From: Thermodesulfovibrionales bacterium
Lineage (GTDB): Bacteria > Nitrospirota > Thermodesulfovibrionia > Thermodesulfovibrionales > UBA9159
Length of the DNA stretch: 64,000 bases
Assembly (NCBI GenBank): GCA_035686305.1
Contig: DASRZP010000103.1
Location: 3,534 to 67,533 of the forward strand
Reading direction: 5' to 3'
Part shown: piece by piece, positions 17,197 through 28,403 of the stretch
Position numbering within the stretch: the stretch's first letter is position 1
Layout of the letters: each line of letters starts with the position of its first letter
The notes under the pieces: generated by a model
Seen by the model: the letters and a program-made list of their open reading frames with translations, nothing else
Told to the model about the DNA's origin: nothing
The model's database searches: none
Program-made: the position numbers and the translations under genes

Positions 17197-19173
17197 ATGG
17201 CACAGCAGGATACTATTGAAGTTCTTATGAGAGAGGAGAGGAGGTTCCCTCCGTCTCCGGAATTTCAGTCAGCGGCCCACATCAAGAGCATCGGCGACTA
17301 TGAGGGGCTCTACCGGCGGTCAATAACAGACCCCGACGGGTTCTGGGCCGAGATTGCCGATGAACATATATCATGGCAGAGGAGATGGGACAGGGTTCTG
17401 GAATACGATTTTTCGGTCCCCTCTGTGAGATGGTTTATCGGTGGAAAGTTGAACGCCTCTTTCAACTGCCTCGACAGATTTCTGCCGACCTCTGTAAAAA
17501 ATAAGGCTGCAATCATATGGGAATCTGATGACGGGCGCTACAGGACCTTCACTTACCAACAACTCTCCTATGAAGTGAACCGCTTTGCGAATGTCCTGAA
17601 GAAGAAAGGCGTCGGAAAAGGCGACAGGGTCGCGATCTACCTGCCGATGATCCCGGAGCTCCCCATCGCGATGCTCGCGTGCGCAAGGATCGGGGCGATC
17701 CATACTGTTGTGTTCGGCGGTTTCAGTGCCAGGGCCCTGAGGGACAGGATCAAGGACTCCCAGGCAAAGCTTCTCGTCACTGCCGACGAAGGTTTAAGGG
17801 GAGGGAAGACGGTCGGACTCAAGAGCAATGCCGATGAGGCAGTATCAGAATGTCCCTCCATTGAAAAGGTGATCGTTGTAAAGAGAACAGGCTCGCCCGT
17901 TGCCATGGACGAAAGGCGTGATTCAATATGGGAAGACGAGGTGACGGCCCCTGATATCAAGAATTACTGCGAACCAGAAATAATGGATTCCGAGGACCCC
18001 CTCTTCATCCTCTATACATCGGGGTCTACAGGAAAACCGAAGGGCATAATCCATGCGACAGGCGGCTACATGGTCTTTACAAATATAACCTTCAAGTGGA
18101 TATTCGACCATCATGACACAGATATCTTCTTCTGCACAGCCGACATCGGGTGGGTTACGGGCCACAGCTATATCGTCTATGGGCCTCTCTCCAACGGAGC
18201 CACCTGTCTCATGTTCGAAGGCATACCGACATATCCCGGACCGGACAGATTCTGGGAGATCGTAGAAAAACACAGGGTGACGGTATTCTATACCGCTCCC
18301 ACCGCCATACGGGCGTTGATGAGAGAAGGTGAGGAGTGGGCAAAAAATCATGACCTCTCATCCCTCAGACTCCTCGGGACCGTTGGCGAACCGATCAACC
18401 CCGAGGCCTGGATGTGGTACCACACCAACATCGGAAAAGGGAAAACGCCTATTGTCGACACATGGTGGCAGACAGAGACGGGAGGCATCCTGATAACGCC
18501 CCTTCCGGGCGCCTTTACCCTGAAACCCGGCTCTGCGAACAGACCCTTCTTCGGGATCGTCCCAAGGGTATTGAGGGAGAACGGAGAGGAGGCGTCCGCG
18601 AATGAGGGAGGATATCTCGTGATAGAGAGACCCTGGCCCGGGATGCTTGTCGGGATGTACAATGACGAGAAGCGGATGCGCTTCAGAGAGGTCTATTTCA
18701 GCCGCTTCAAAGGGAAGTACCTGACAGGCGACGGCGCCAGCGTCGACAGAGAGGGCGACTTCTGGATCATGGGAAGGATTGATGATGTCCTCAATGTGAG
18801 CGGCCACAGACTTGGAACATCAGAGATTGAATCGGCTCTCGTGAGCCACGAAGCCGTTGCAGAGGCAGCCGTCGTTGGCTTCCCCCATGAGATCAAGGGC
18901 GACGGGATCTACGCTTATGTGGTCTTGAAAGAGGGTTTTGATCCCTCGGACAGGCTCAGAAAGGACCTTACTATTCAGGTGAGGACGGTCATCGGGCCTA
19001 TCGCAACGCCGGACAAGATACAGTTTACCGCAGGACTGCCAAAGACAAGGAGCGGAAAGATTATGAGGAGAATCCTTCGTAAGATCTCGAGGGGCGATAT
19101 TGACGACCTCGGTGATATCTCAACACTGGCAGACAGCTCGATCGTCGAAAGCCTTGTAAGGGAAAAGGTCTGA
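17197..19173 (+). CDS. acs: acetyl-CoA synthetase (AMP-forming)
   Basis: The start is taken at Met61 of the track ORF (ATG at 17197, giving about 658 aa). The AMP-binding motif [20 protein letters not shown] and a C-terminal [11 protein letters not shown] are present. Confidence 0.9.
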   Translation: MAQQDTIEVLMREERRFPPSPEFQSAAHIKSIGDYEGLYRRSITDPDGFWAEIADEHISWQRRWDRVLEYDFSVPSVRWFIGGKLNASFNCLDRFLPTSVKNKAAIIWESDDGRYRTFTYQQLSYEVNRFANVLKKKGVGKGDRVAIYLPMIPELPIAMLACARIGAIHTVVFGGFSARALRDRIKDSQAKLLVTADEGLRGGKTVGLKSNADEAVSECPSIEKVIVVKRTGSPVAMDERRDSIWEDEVTAPDIKNYCEPEIMDSEDPLFILYTSGSTGKPKGIIHATGGYMVFTNITFKWIFDHHDTDIFFCTADIGWVTGHSYIVYGPLSNGATCLMFEGIPTYPGPDRFWEIVEKHRVTVFYTAPTAIRALMREGEEWAKNHDLSSLRLLGTVGEPINPEAWMWYHTNIGKGKTPIVDTWWQTETGGILITPLPGAFTLKPGSANRPFFGIVPRVLRENGEEASANEGGYLVIERPWPGMLVGMYNDEKRMRFREVYFSRFKGKYLTGDGASVDREGDFWIMGRIDDVLNVSGHRLGTSEIESALVSHEAVAEAAVVGFPHEIKGDGIYAYVVLKEGFDPSDRLRKDLTIQVRTVIGPIATPDKIQFTAGLPKTRSGKIMRRILRKISRGDIDDLGDISTLADSSIVESLVREKV

Positions 19174-19229
19174 TTGAGATAAATGGGATTTCTGTTTATA
19201 ATCTACGATCACGCTGCGAGGAGAGGCAT

Positions 19230-19751
19230 ATGGTAGTGGGAAGACCCTTTTTGACTGCCGAACAGATTCAGCAGAAGGTTAAAGAACTGGCAGAAAGAAT
19301 CTCTCATGATTACAAAGGAAAGGACATCCTGGCCGTCGGGATATTGAGAGGGGCTTTTATGTTCTATTCCGATCTTGTCAGGTTGATTCAGGTCCCTTTG
19401 ACCGTTGACTTTATTGTCGCCGCAAGCTATGAGAAGACCGAGACTACCGGCGATGTGAAGGTATTCTATGACATACGAGAGGACGTTACTGACAAGGACG
19501 TTCTTCTTATAGAGGACATCGTCGATTCAGGATATACCCTGAACTATATTCGTGAGCGAATACTCTCGAGGCGTCCGAGGAGCCTGAAGATTTGCGTGTT
19601 CCTTGACAAGAAAGAGCGGAGAGAAGTTGACGTCTACCTCGACTACGTTGGCTTCGAAATACCGAATGAATTTGTTGTCGGCTATGGTCTGGACTATGAC
19701 AACAGGTTCAGGAACCTCCCGTATATCGCCATATTCAGAAAGTCCGTTTGA
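19230..19751 (+). CDS. hpt: hypoxanthine phosphoribosyltransferase
   Basis: PRPP-binding motif VLLIEDIVDSGYTL and a C-terminal VGYGLDY. 173 aa. Confidence 0.9.
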   Translation: MVVGRPFLTAEQIQQKVKELAERISHDYKGKDILAVGILRGAFMFYSDLVRLIQVPLTVDFIVAASYEKTETTGDVKVFYDIREDVTDKDVLLIEDIVDSGYTLNYIRERILSRRPRSLKICVFLDKKERREVDVYLDYVGFEIPNEFVVGYGLDYDNRFRNLPYIAIFRKSV

Positions 19752-19795
19752 AGATCGGAACGCTGAAATAATCTGAGGAGACTGAAAGGAGAGCT

Positions 19796-20167
19796 ATGTT
19801 TGAACTCATGGTGGAGACTACGTTCTCTGCTGCCCATCAACTTCGGGGATACAAGGGCAAATGCGAAAACTTCCACGGCCATAACTGGAAGGTCCAGGTC
19901 CATGTTGCCGCAGAAAAACTGAACGAAATCGACATCGGCATCGATTTCCACGATCTGAAACGCTTCACCCGGGAAGTCGTCGGATCCCTTGACCACACCT
20001 TTCTCAACGAGATATTTCCCTTCACCGAGAGGAATCCATCCTCAGAAAATATCGCAAAATGGATACACGACACCCTCAAGAAGAAGGTGAACAGCGAGTA
20101 CATCCATCTCACGGCAGTCACGGTATGGGAATCGGACGCTGCCTCCGCCACTTATTATGAGGATTGA
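19796..20167 (+). CDS. queD: 6-carboxy-5,6,7,8-tetrahydropterin synthase
   Basis: FSAAHQLRGYKGKCENFHGHNW is the QueD/PTPS Zn-site and catalytic-Cys motif. 123 aa. Confidence 0.85.
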   Translation: MFELMVETTFSAAHQLRGYKGKCENFHGHNWKVQVHVAAEKLNEIDIGIDFHDLKRFTREVVGSLDHTFLNEIFPFTERNPSSENIAKWIHDTLKKKVNSEYIHLTAVTVWESDAASATYYED

Positions 20168-21491
20168 CAGGGAATTTGCCTCTCATCTTCTTGAGAGGGC
20201 TTTGAGCAGAGGCGCAGACCTTGCGGAAGTTTATCTCACGTCGGCAAAGAACCTCCTTGTGGAGGCAAAGGGTCAATCAGTCGAGGCTGTTGAGTCATCC
20301 ATCTCCTTCGGATATTCCCTCCGCGTTATTACCGATAAGAGACTCGGTTTCTCCTTCTCTACAGACCCCCGGGACGCTGAGAAGGTTGTCGAGAAAGCGA
20401 CCGAGACTGCGAGATGGACCGAGCAGGATGAATACCTCGATCTCCCCGGAGCGTCACCGGCGACGTCGGGAGGGATCTTCGATGAAGCAGTCGCCGCAGT
20501 GACCGAAGAAGATGCAGTCGCAAAGGCCCTTGCCCTGGAAAAGGCTGCCCTCGACTCCGACAGAAGAATTACGAAGGTGAGAAAGGCTTCTGCCTCCTTT
20601 TCATCGAGGGATCTGATGATCGTGAATTCAAAGGGCCTCCATGCGGCTTATCCAGCAACAGCCGCAACGGCCCAGATCACGGTCGCGGCCGAAGGTGAGG
20701 GCGACAGCCAGATGGGATGGGATTTTGACGGCAGCAGGTTTCTTACGAACCTATCCTTTGAGGCGGTGGGCAGGACGGCCGCTGAACGGGCGCTCCGCAT
20801 GCTCGGAGCCAGGAATATGAACTCACTCAAGGCACCGGTGGTGCTTGATAACTCCGTTGCTGTAGACTTCCTCGGAATCTTTTCTTCGCTCCTCTCGGCA
20901 GAGTCTGTTCAGAAGGGCAGATCGCTCCTTGCCCATCGGCTGAACGAGGAGGTCATGAGCCCCATGATAACGCTTGTTGACGACGGAACGATGAACCACA
21001 AACTCGGCAGCAGGCCCTGCGATGACGAAGGCACGGCAACTTCGAGAAAGAATCTCATAGAGGATGGCGTTCTTGTTGCTTATATGTACAATACTCGTAC
21101 CGCCAGGAAAGACGGTGTGAAATCCACCGGGAATGCCGTTCGGGGAGGTTTTTCATCGCTGCCTGCGGTGGGCCCTTCGAACCTCTTGCTGGCTGTCTCG
21201 GGGGAACATGTATATTCCGGAAATCTCTTTGACCTGCCGGAAAAATGCCTTTATGTCACCGAAGCCATGGGAATCCATACGGCAAATCCTGTGTCAGGGG
21301 AATTCTCTATCGGTGTTTCAGGCCTCTGGATTAAGAATGGAATTATCCAGCATCCCGTAAAGGAAGCCGTCCTTTCAGGGAACATTCTTGAGTTTTTCAG
21401 GAAGGTCGAGGCCGCAGGTGATGACCTGAGGTTCTATGGCAATATGGCCTCACCCGGTCTCCTCTTCGGCCCGACCGACATAAGCGCTTGA
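20157..21491 (+). CDS. TldD/PmbA-family metalloprotease
   Basis: 444 aa. The C-terminal GEFSIGVSGLWIKNG...PGLLFGPTDISA is typical of PmbA/TldD. It overlaps the queD stop. Confidence 0.8.
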   Translation: MRIDREFASHLLERALSRGADLAEVYLTSAKNLLVEAKGQSVEAVESSISFGYSLRVITDKRLGFSFSTDPRDAEKVVEKATETARWTEQDEYLDLPGASPATSGGIFDEAVAAVTEEDAVAKALALEKAALDSDRRITKVRKASASFSSRDLMIVNSKGLHAAYPATAATAQITVAAEGEGDSQMGWDFDGSRFLTNLSFEAVGRTAAERALRMLGARNMNSLKAPVVLDNSVAVDFLGIFSSLLSAESVQKGRSLLAHRLNEEVMSPMITLVDDGTMNHKLGSRPCDDEGTATSRKNLIEDGVLVAYMYNTRTARKDGVKSTGNAVRGGFSSLPAVGPSNLLLAVSGEHVYSGNLFDLPEKCLYVTEAMGIHTANPVSGEFSIGVSGLWIKNGIIQHPVKEAVLSGNILEFFRKVEAAGDDLRFYGNMASPGLLFGPTDISA

Positions 21492-21634
21492 TCAAGCTTC
21501 CAAAACTTCATGCTCTTCTGGTAGAATATGAAGTCCTATTATTCAGGAATGGTGAGTAGTCTGCGGTTAAGAGCAGACGTTGCCCTATCTTCTGCTGCTG
21601 TCGACGAGCTGCTGATGAGGTAAAGGGAGGATCG

Positions 21635-22798
21635 ATGATGGACTATTTTTTGACGGAAGAGCAGATAATGATACGAGACCTCGCGCGTCAAATCGCCGAA
21701 GAGAAGGTCGTGCCCGTGAGGGAAGAACTGGATGAGAAGGAAGCGTTCCCCTGGGAAATCGTGAAGGTCCTCGCCCAGTCTGACCTCTTCGGTCTCTTTA
21801 TTCCCGAGGAGTACGGAGGACTTGGCAAAGGGTGTCTCGAACTCTGTCTCGCTGTCGAAGAGCTCTCACGGGCCTGTGTCGGCGTCTCAACTTCCTATGC
21901 GGCAAATGCCCTGGGCACCTATCCCATCCTCCTTTTCGGGTCCGATGAACAGAAGAGACGATACCTCCCCGATATCTCAGCAGGTAAGCGCCTTGTCGCC
22001 TTCGGTCTTACTGAGGCAAACGCCGGCAGCGACGCAGCCGGGATCCAGACGACTGCAAAGCTGCAAGGCGATACGTATAATCTTAATGGCACGAAACAGT
22101 GGATCACGAATGGAGGCGAGGCTGAGATTTATACCGTCATCGCAATGACCGACAGGTCAAAGGGTCCAAGGGGTGCTTCGGCCTTCATCGTTGAAAAGGG
22201 GACCCCCGGATTCACCTTTGGGAAAAAGGAGCGGAAGATGGGCATAAGGGCATCCGTCACCCGCGAGCTCATATTCGATAATTGCAGAATACCGAAAGAG
22301 AACCTTATCGGCAAGGAGGGGATGGGGTTCATCGTGGCTATGAAGACCCTCGACAGCTCAAGGACCGGCGTAGGAGCCCAGGGCCTCGGAGTGGCGCAGG
22401 GAGCATTCGATGAGGCCGTCAAGTTTGCACGGCAGCGTGTCCAGTTCGGCCATCCCATCATCAGCTTCCAGGCGATCCAGCATATGCTTGCCGATATGGC
22501 AACGGAGATCGAAGCGGCCAGGGCCCTCATCTATTCCGTTGCACGCTATATCGACAGCGGTGCAAAGGACGTTTCAAAGGAGTCTGCCATGGCAAAGGTC
22601 TTTGCGACGGACATCGGGATGCGTGTCACAACAGATGCGGTCCAGATTATGGGGGGTTCAGGTTATATGAGGGAATACCCTGTTGAGAAGATGATGCGTG
22701 ACGCAAAGATCCTCCAGATCTATGAGGGGACGAACCAGATCCAGAGAAATGTTATCGGCCAGGAGTTGATCAAAGAGGCTGCGAAGAATAGAAAATAG
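21635..22798 (+). CDS. acyl-CoA dehydrogenase (short/medium chain type)
   Basis: 387 aa with GLTEANAGSDAAG, QWITNGG and IYEGTNQIQRNVIG (catalytic Glu region). Confidence 0.9.
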   Translation: MMDYFLTEEQIMIRDLARQIAEEKVVPVREELDEKEAFPWEIVKVLAQSDLFGLFIPEEYGGLGKGCLELCLAVEELSRACVGVSTSYAANALGTYPILLFGSDEQKRRYLPDISAGKRLVAFGLTEANAGSDAAGIQTTAKLQGDTYNLNGTKQWITNGGEAEIYTVIAMTDRSKGPRGASAFIVEKGTPGFTFGKKERKMGIRASVTRELIFDNCRIPKENLIGKEGMGFIVAMKTLDSSRTGVGAQGLGVAQGAFDEAVKFARQRVQFGHPIISFQAIQHMLADMATEIEAARALIYSVARYIDSGAKDVSKESAMAKVFATDIGMRVTTDAVQIMGGSGYMREYPVEKMMRDAKILQIYEGTNQIQRNVIGQELIKEAAKNRK

Positions 22799-22824
22799 CA
22801 TTTTTCAATTCCTGCGTTCTGAGG

Positions 22825-22849
22825 GCCCTGAAATGTTCAGGGCTTTATT
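22825..22849 (+). terminator. putative intrinsic terminator after the acyl-CoA dehydrogenase gene
   Basis: GCCCTGA-aatgt-TCAGGGC followed by TTTATT, about 25 nt after the stop codon. Confidence 0.5.
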
Positions 22850-22879
22850 GTTGATGCGAAAGACCGTATTGAGTATCGG

Positions 22880-23443
22880 ATGATCAGCTACAGGCTCGGA
22901 CATTTCCTCGACAGACCTCTTGGACCCATAGCAAAGAGGATCGCCATTGATCCCAACATCCTCACAATCTCAGGATTCCTCCTGACGACAACAGCCGCTC
23001 TTGTGATCCCCTTGAACCTCAGACTCGGCGGCCTTCTCATTTTCGCGGGGGGCATCTGTGATATGCTCGATGGAGTCCTCGCCAGGGTGAACGGCAGGGC
23101 AACGAGTTTTGGCGCCTTCCTTGACTCTCTCCTCGACAGGTATTCCGATGCCTTCATCTTTCTCTCCCTCGCCTGGTACCTCGGGGGACGGGGAGACCAA
23201 GCAGGCGCATTGCTGAGCATCGGGACCATGCTTGGAGCGCTCCTCGTCAGTTATGCACGTGCGAGAGGAGAGGGGCTCGGGATCGATAACCATGACGGGA
23301 TCATGGAAAGACCGGAAAGGATCATCCTCCTTATTGTCGCAGCACTAACCGGCTGGGTCGTGCCGATCCTCTGGGTCATGTTCGTTCTGACCCATGTCAC
23401 GGTCGTGCAGCGATCATACGCCGTCTGGAAAAGAGGAAAGTAA
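22880..23443 (+). CDS. CDP-alcohol phosphatidyltransferase family protein
   Basis: DMLDGVLAR...GAFLDSLLDRYSD matches the D-G-x2-A-R...G-x3-D-x3-D motif. The protein is polytopic. Confidence 0.8.
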   Translation: MISYRLGHFLDRPLGPIAKRIAIDPNILTISGFLLTTTAALVIPLNLRLGGLLIFAGGICDMLDGVLARVNGRATSFGAFLDSLLDRYSDAFIFLSLAWYLGGRGDQAGALLSIGTMLGALLVSYARARGEGLGIDNHDGIMERPERIILLIVAALTGWVVPILWVMFVLTHVTVVQRSYAVWKRGK

Positions 23444-23445
23444 CA

Positions 23446-23637
23446 TCACTCTGATTTTTCTGAAGCCTTCTCGATAAAGAAATGCATGAGAAACTCCTCG
23501 TCCTTAGGGGACAGGTTAAACTTGAACGAGCCTTCTTCGATCAACTTGAAGAGGGGGATCCCAGGATCTTCGAGATGAGCATCCGATATCCATTTGATCG
23601 CTTTTCTCAGTTGTTCGGCTTCGGGCAGTATGGTCAT
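23446..23637 (-). CDS. small hypothetical protein downstream of gatB
   Basis: 63-codon ORF starting 5 nt after the gatB stop. No motif was recognised and the SD is weak. Confidence 0.35.
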   Translation of the reverse strand: MTILPEAEQLRKAIKWISDAHLEDPGIPLFKLIEEGSFKFNLSPKDEEFLMHFFIEKASEKSE

Positions 23638-23642
23638 CGTGC

Positions 23643-25073
23643 TTATCCCACGAGTTTCTTCTTGAGGATATCATTTACGATCTGGGGATTTGCCTTTCCC
23701 TTTGTCGCTTTCATCACCTGACCAACGAAGAACCCCATAAGCTTTTCGTCGCCCCCCCTGAAGCGTTCAACCTCCTTAGGACTCTTTGCAATGATGTCGT
23801 CAATAGCCGTCTCAAGAGCGCCGGTATCGGAGATCTGGATGAGTCCCTTTTCCTCTACGATCATGGGAGCATCCTTTCCGCTTCTGTACATCTCCTCAAA
23901 GACGGTCTTGGCAATCTTTCCACTGATCGTCCCGTTCTCGATCAGCCTGATCATCTCAGCAAGCTGACGGGGTTTCAGCGCGCACTCTTCGATTGATCTG
24001 TTCTCGTCGTTGAGGATCCGCATCAGTTCTCCCATCATCCAGTTCGAGACTGCCTTGGGATTTGCTCCGGCACGAACAGCGTCCTCGCACCAGTCAGCCG
24101 TCGACTTCTCCGATGTCAGGAGGTCTGCGTCGTATTCGGGCAACCTGTATTCTGATCGAAAGCGTTCCCTCTTCTCATCGGGAAGCTCCGGCAGCGATCT
24201 CCTGATCTCGTCGATCCATTTCTGGTCCGCCGTGATCGGCACAAGATCGGGCTCAGGGAAATAGCGATAATCATGGGCCTCTTCCTTCGATCTCATGGAC
24301 TGCGTTGTCCCTGTCGAAGGATCCCACAGCCTCGTCTCCTGCACGATCTTTCCGCCCTCTTCAAGGGTCGCGATCTGGCGCCTGATCTCGTACTCCAGGG
24401 CCTTCTCGACAAACCTGAAGGAGTTGATGTTCTTCATCTCCACCTTTACGCCGAGTCCGGCGCTGCCGACAGGCCGTATCGAAACGTTCGCATCGCAACG
24501 CAACGAACCCTGTTCCATATTCCCGTCGCAGACGCCCAAATACCGTACGATGGTCCTGAGCTTCTTCATGTATTCCGCTGCCTCTCGGGGAGACCTGATA
24601 TCAGGCTCTGATACGATCTCCATTAGCGGGACCCCTGCCCTGTTCAGGTCCACAAAGCTGTAATTGCCGTTGCCCTCGTGGATATTCTTTCCCGCGTCCT
24701 CTTCCAGATGTATGCGGGTCAGTCCGATCCGCCTCTTCTCCCCGTCAACAATGATATCGACATGACCGTGTTCGCAGAGAGGGAGTTCATACTGGCTGAC
24801 CTGGTATCCCTTCGGCAGGTCAGGATAGAAGTAGTTTTTCCTCGCAAACCTGCTGAACGATGAAATCCTGCAGTTCATGGCAAGCCCCGTCTTGATTGTA
24901 AATTCGACGGCCTTTCTGTTCGCGACAGGAAGGACACCCGGCATACCGATACAGATCTGGCACGTCTGGGTGTTCGGCCCGGAACCGAACCTCGTGGGGC
25001 ACCCGCAGAACATCTTCGAATCCGTGAGCATCTGCGCATGCACTTCAAGGCCGATTACCGCTTCATATTTCAT
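23643..25073 (-). CDS. gatB: Asp/Glu-tRNA amidotransferase subunit B
   Basis: [25 protein letters not shown] is the canonical GatB N-terminus. 476 aa. Confidence 0.95.
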   Translation of the reverse strand: MKYEAVIGLEVHAQMLTDSKMFCGCPTRFGSGPNTQTCQICIGMPGVLPVANRKAVEFTIKTGLAMNCRISSFSRFARKNYFYPDLPKGYQVSQYELPLCEHGHVDIIVDGEKRRIGLTRIHLEEDAGKNIHEGNGNYSFVDLNRAGVPLMEIVSEPDIRSPREAAEYMKKLRTIVRYLGVCDGNMEQGSLRCDANVSIRPVGSAGLGVKVEMKNINSFRFVEKALEYEIRRQIATLEEGGKIVQETRLWDPSTGTTQSMRSKEEAHDYRYFPEPDLVPITADQKWIDEIRRSLPELPDEKRERFRSEYRLPEYDADLLTSEKSTADWCEDAVRAGANPKAVSNWMMGELMRILNDENRSIEECALKPRQLAEMIRLIENGTISGKIAKTVFEEMYRSGKDAPMIVEEKGLIQISDTGALETAIDDIIAKSPKEVERFRGGDEKLMGFFVGQVMKATKGKANPQIVNDILKKKLVG

Positions 25074-25192
25074 CTTTCCACCGCAGACACTGCCACAGAG
25101 GCACTGAGATAAAGGGCTGGCGAAGAGTTCATGGACATCTCTCCATTCTTCTCCGTGTCGTTCTTCACCTTCCCATAGTATAATCCTATCAT

Positions 25193-25409
25193 GTTCGGGA
25201 AGGCAGGCTTGGTGTGAAGCCCTGTATCGCGATTCCTTTCATTGTTGACGACTGCCGTTGTGTCCTCAATATGGGGAATCACCTTCCGTGAAGTCATCGA
25301 AGTACCCCGCTGGCGGAATCCCATCGCATCTGCAGGGCTTCGATCCATGCCCGCCTGACGATTCTTTGCAACGCTAAGGTTCATCCTTGTCGCTCCTTTA
25401 TAACTTCGG
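25193..25409 (-). repeat. dispersed non-coding element, copy B (full length, in the gatA-gatB spacer)
   Basis: About 215 nt, alignable by eye to copy C over its whole length at roughly two-thirds identity with few indels. The track ORF 25070..25447(-) covers it, but the equivalent frame in copy C has a stop and the peptides are unrelated beyond about 16 aa. Confidence 0.6.
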
Positions 25410-26852
25410 CCTCCTCTTGTGCCATTCCGTCGACCGTTCATAGGCATAGGCAGCCCTCAGTATCGTCTTCTCATCAAAATGCCTCCCGATCAGCTGCAGC
25501 CCGACGGGAAGATATTCGGAGGTGAAGCCGCAGGGGAGAGAGATCGCAGGCACCCCAGCCAGGTTGACGGATATGGTGAAGATATCTGAGAGATACATCT
25601 GCAAAGGGTCTTCCGTCTTTTCACCGAGTCTGAAGGCGGCTGTCGGAGAAGTGGGCGTCACTATGATGTCGACGTCCCTGAAGGCAGCATCGAAGTCCCT
25701 CTTGATCAATGTCCGCACCTGCTGTGCCTTCTTATAATAGGCCTCGTAATAGCCCGATGAGAGTGCATAGGTACCAAGCATGATCCTCCGCTTCACCTCA
25801 TCACCGAAACCCTTAGCCCGCGTGGCCATATACATTTCGAGCAGGTCCCTGCCCTGCTCCCTGAGACCGTACTTAACACCGTCATAGCGTGCGAGGTTCG
25901 ATGAAGCCTCTGACGTTGCGAGGAGATAATACGTAGCAATCGCGTAATCGGTGTGGGGTAATGAAACCTCCAACGGTATGGCGCCGAGGGATTCGAGCTG
26001 CTTTATTGCTCCCTTCACCGAGCTGTCCACATCGCCGTCCATTCCGGAGATAAAGTATTCCTTTGGGATCCCGATCCGTAAGCCCTCGATATCCTGCCCG
26101 ATGGCGACTGTGAAATCAGGGACCTCAATCGAGGCTGAGGTGGCATCATAGGGATCATGTCCTGAAATGACATTCATCACGATTGCAGAATCCCTCACAT
26201 CCTTTGTTATCGGTCCAATCTGGTCAAGGGACGACGCAAAGGCAACGAGCCCATAGCGAGAGACGCGGCCATAGGTGGGCTTCAGACCGACAACACCGCA
26301 GTGTGAAGCCGGCTGTCTGATGGAACCGCCGGTATCAGACCCCAAGGCGGCGATACATTCGCCGGCAGCAACTGCAGCCGCCGAGCCTCCGCTGCTTCCG
26401 CCGGGGATCCTCTCCGGGTCCCAGGGGTTCCTTGTGACAAGGAATCCCGAGTTCTCCGTTGACGAGCCCATGGCAAATTCATCGAGGTTCGTCTTACCCA
26501 CAAGTACGTAACCCTGTTCCTTCAGCCGAGACGTGACCGTACTTTCGTACGGCGGTATAAAATGTGAAAGAATCTTTGATGCACAGGTTGTCCTGATATT
26601 CATCGTGCACATGTTGTCCTTGATCGCCATGGGAATACCGAGGAGCGGCATGGAACAGCCCCTGTCCATCGTCTCCTGGGATTGAGCGGCCATGGTCAGG
26701 GCCTCGTCCTTTGTTATGGTGACAAAGGACCTGACGCGGTCCTCCACGGCCTCAAGCCGTTTGAAGACAGAGGACGTTACCTCTCCGGCCGTCACCTCTT
26801 TTTTGTCGAGGAGGGCCCTCAGTTCTGATATAACGAGTTCATGGAGTTCCAT
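25398..26852 (-). CDS. gatA: Glu-tRNA(Gln) amidotransferase subunit A
   Basis: Amidase signature [14 protein letters not shown] and a Ser-cisSer-Lys context. 484 aa. Confidence 0.95.
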   Translation of the reverse strand: MELHELVISELRALLDKKEVTAGEVTSSVFKRLEAVEDRVRSFVTITKDEALTMAAQSQETMDRGCSMPLLGIPMAIKDNMCTMNIRTTCASKILSHFIPPYESTVTSRLKEQGYVLVGKTNLDEFAMGSSTENSGFLVTRNPWDPERIPGGSSGGSAAAVAAGECIAALGSDTGGSIRQPASHCGVVGLKPTYGRVSRYGLVAFASSLDQIGPITKDVRDSAIVMNVISGHDPYDATSASIEVPDFTVAIGQDIEGLRIGIPKEYFISGMDGDVDSSVKGAIKQLESLGAIPLEVSLPHTDYAIATYYLLATSEASSNLARYDGVKYGLREQGRDLLEMYMATRAKGFGDEVKRRIMLGTYALSSGYYEAYYKKAQQVRTLIKRDFDAAFRDVDIIVTPTSPTAAFRLGEKTEDPLQMYLSDIFTISVNLAGVPAISLPCGFTSEYLPVGLQLIGRHFDEKTILRAAYAYERSTEWHKRRPKL

Positions 26853-27115
26853 CTCAAGATCCTTTCAGGGAGCAGCAAAGTGCTCTAGAGTTTAGCACTC
26901 TCACCGGGAAAATTGCAAAAAACTTCTACCACCCCTTCCGATGATGGAGGAGCATGTCTTTAGCCCCTTCTCCTGCCCAGCCCCCCACTTGCTGACTAAG
27001 GTGTGAAGTTGTTCCTTGAATGCCTGTAGATCCGCTATTGACACCAGTATAGAAGGAAGGCTCTGTCTCAATGGAGTGATTTGCAATTTCCCTTCCTATC
27101 CCGCATTATTAAGTC

Positions 27116-28279
27116 ATGGAAATTGTCCGTCTTCACCGCACGTCAAGAATACTCGCGGGCCATCTCTGGGTCTTCTCGAACGAACTTGCCGAGAGTCCGA
27201 AGAATCATGAACCTGGGTCTCTCGTGGAACTGCTCGACAGAAAGGATGCCTTTCTCGGGATCGGGTATATCAACCCCCATTCCCTTATTGCCGTGAGGAT
27301 TCTTACCCGCCAAAGGGAAGAGATCACCCACGATTTTTTCAAGCAGCGGATTCAGCATGCCCTTGATTACAGAAAACAGCTCGTGAAAGAGACGAACTCC
27401 TTCAGGGTGATCTTCAGCGAGGGAGATTTTCTTCCCGGTCTCATCGTCGACAAGTATGATGACTGCATCTCTCTCCAGATCCTCACAGCCGGCATGGAGA
27501 GATGGACCGATACTATCGTTGAGATCCTTGACCGTATCTTTGCTCCCTCAGGTATCGTCCTGCGTAACGATAGCTCAGCCCGTCTGCTTGAAGGGCTGCG
27601 ACGGGAGAAGAAGATGATCAAGGGTTCTTTGGATAGACATCCCGTAATCAGGGAAGGCCCCCTGCTCTTTGAAATAGACCCTATGGCAGGACAGAAGACG
27701 GGCTTTTTCCTTGATCAGAGGGAGAACAGGATGACCTTCAGCGACCTCGTTGGAGCGGGAGAGGGTCTCGACCTCTTCTGCTACGCCGGCGCCTGGGGCC
27801 TTCATCTTGCGAGCAGAGGAGCTGAAGTGACGGGCGTCGACGAGTCTGAAGGCGCGATTTCCCAGGCACAGAAGAACGCGGCCATGAACAATCTTTCGGA
27901 AAGATGCAGGGTCCGAAGAGGCGATGTCTTTCATTTCCTGAAAGAGGAAGTGCCGGCTGGGGCCCGTTATGACTTTATCGTCCTCGATCCGCCCGCCTTT
28001 GTCAAGGCCAGAACAAAGGTGAAAGAGGCCCTGAAGGGTTACCGGCAGATCAATGGGAATGCGATGAAGATACTGAAAAAGGGAGGCCTCCTTGCAACGT
28101 CTTCCTGTTCCTACCACATCGATAAAGAATCATTCCTTGCGATGCTGAGGGCGGCGGCTCGGGATGCAGGCAGGGAGGTGAGACTCATCGAGATGCGCTC
28201 CCAGGCAAAGGATCATCCCATACTCCTTTCGATGCCGGAAACAGAGTATCTGAAATGTGCGTTCTTAGAAGTGAGTTAG
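27116..28279 (+). CDS. class I SAM-dependent rRNA (cytosine-C5) methyltransferase, RlmI-like (PUA + MTase)
   Basis: 387 aa. The N-terminal PUA-like segment (GHLWVFSNEL), the SAM motif (LDLFCYAGAWG) and DPPAF are present. Confidence 0.85.
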   Translation: MEIVRLHRTSRILAGHLWVFSNELAESPKNHEPGSLVELLDRKDAFLGIGYINPHSLIAVRILTRQREEITHDFFKQRIQHALDYRKQLVKETNSFRVIFSEGDFLPGLIVDKYDDCISLQILTAGMERWTDTIVEILDRIFAPSGIVLRNDSSARLLEGLRREKKMIKGSLDRHPVIREGPLLFEIDPMAGQKTGFFLDQRENRMTFSDLVGAGEGLDLFCYAGAWGLHLASRGAEVTGVDESEGAISQAQKNAAMNNLSERCRVRRGDVFHFLKEEVPAGARYDFIVLDPPAFVKARTKVKEALKGYRQINGNAMKILKKGGLLATSSCSYHIDKESFLAMLRAAARDAGREVRLIEMRSQAKDHPILLSMPETEYLKCAFLEVS

Positions 28280-28403
28280 CAACCTGCGTAAGTTCGACGC
28301 CTCTATTTCTCTCGGCTGAAAGAACCACTTCTCAAATTATGAAGCGTGCGTTATAATAGCCGGGGCTGGGCGGTCTCTCGCTCTTGAGGGAAAGGATATT
28401 CCG

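Noticed and set aside
19752-19795. Checked the leaders of queD, the mntH operon and the yeiH-like gene for preQ1, Mn (yybP-ykoY) or other known riboswitch signatures.
   Set aside because: The conserved core sequences I remember for these riboswitches are not visible. The leaders are short or lack the motifs. This was checked by eye only, not with a covariance model.
25070-25447. A 125-aa ORF between gatA and gatB, ending in an ATGA overlap with the gatB start. It looked like a possible novel small protein or a substitute for GatC.
   Set aside because: The nucleotide-homologous copy at 32863..33076 has a stop in the same frame and an unrelated peptide after about 16 residues, so the conservation is not protein-coding. 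There is no resemblance to GatC. I treat it as the non-coding repeat (copy B). A short peptide cannot be fully excluded.
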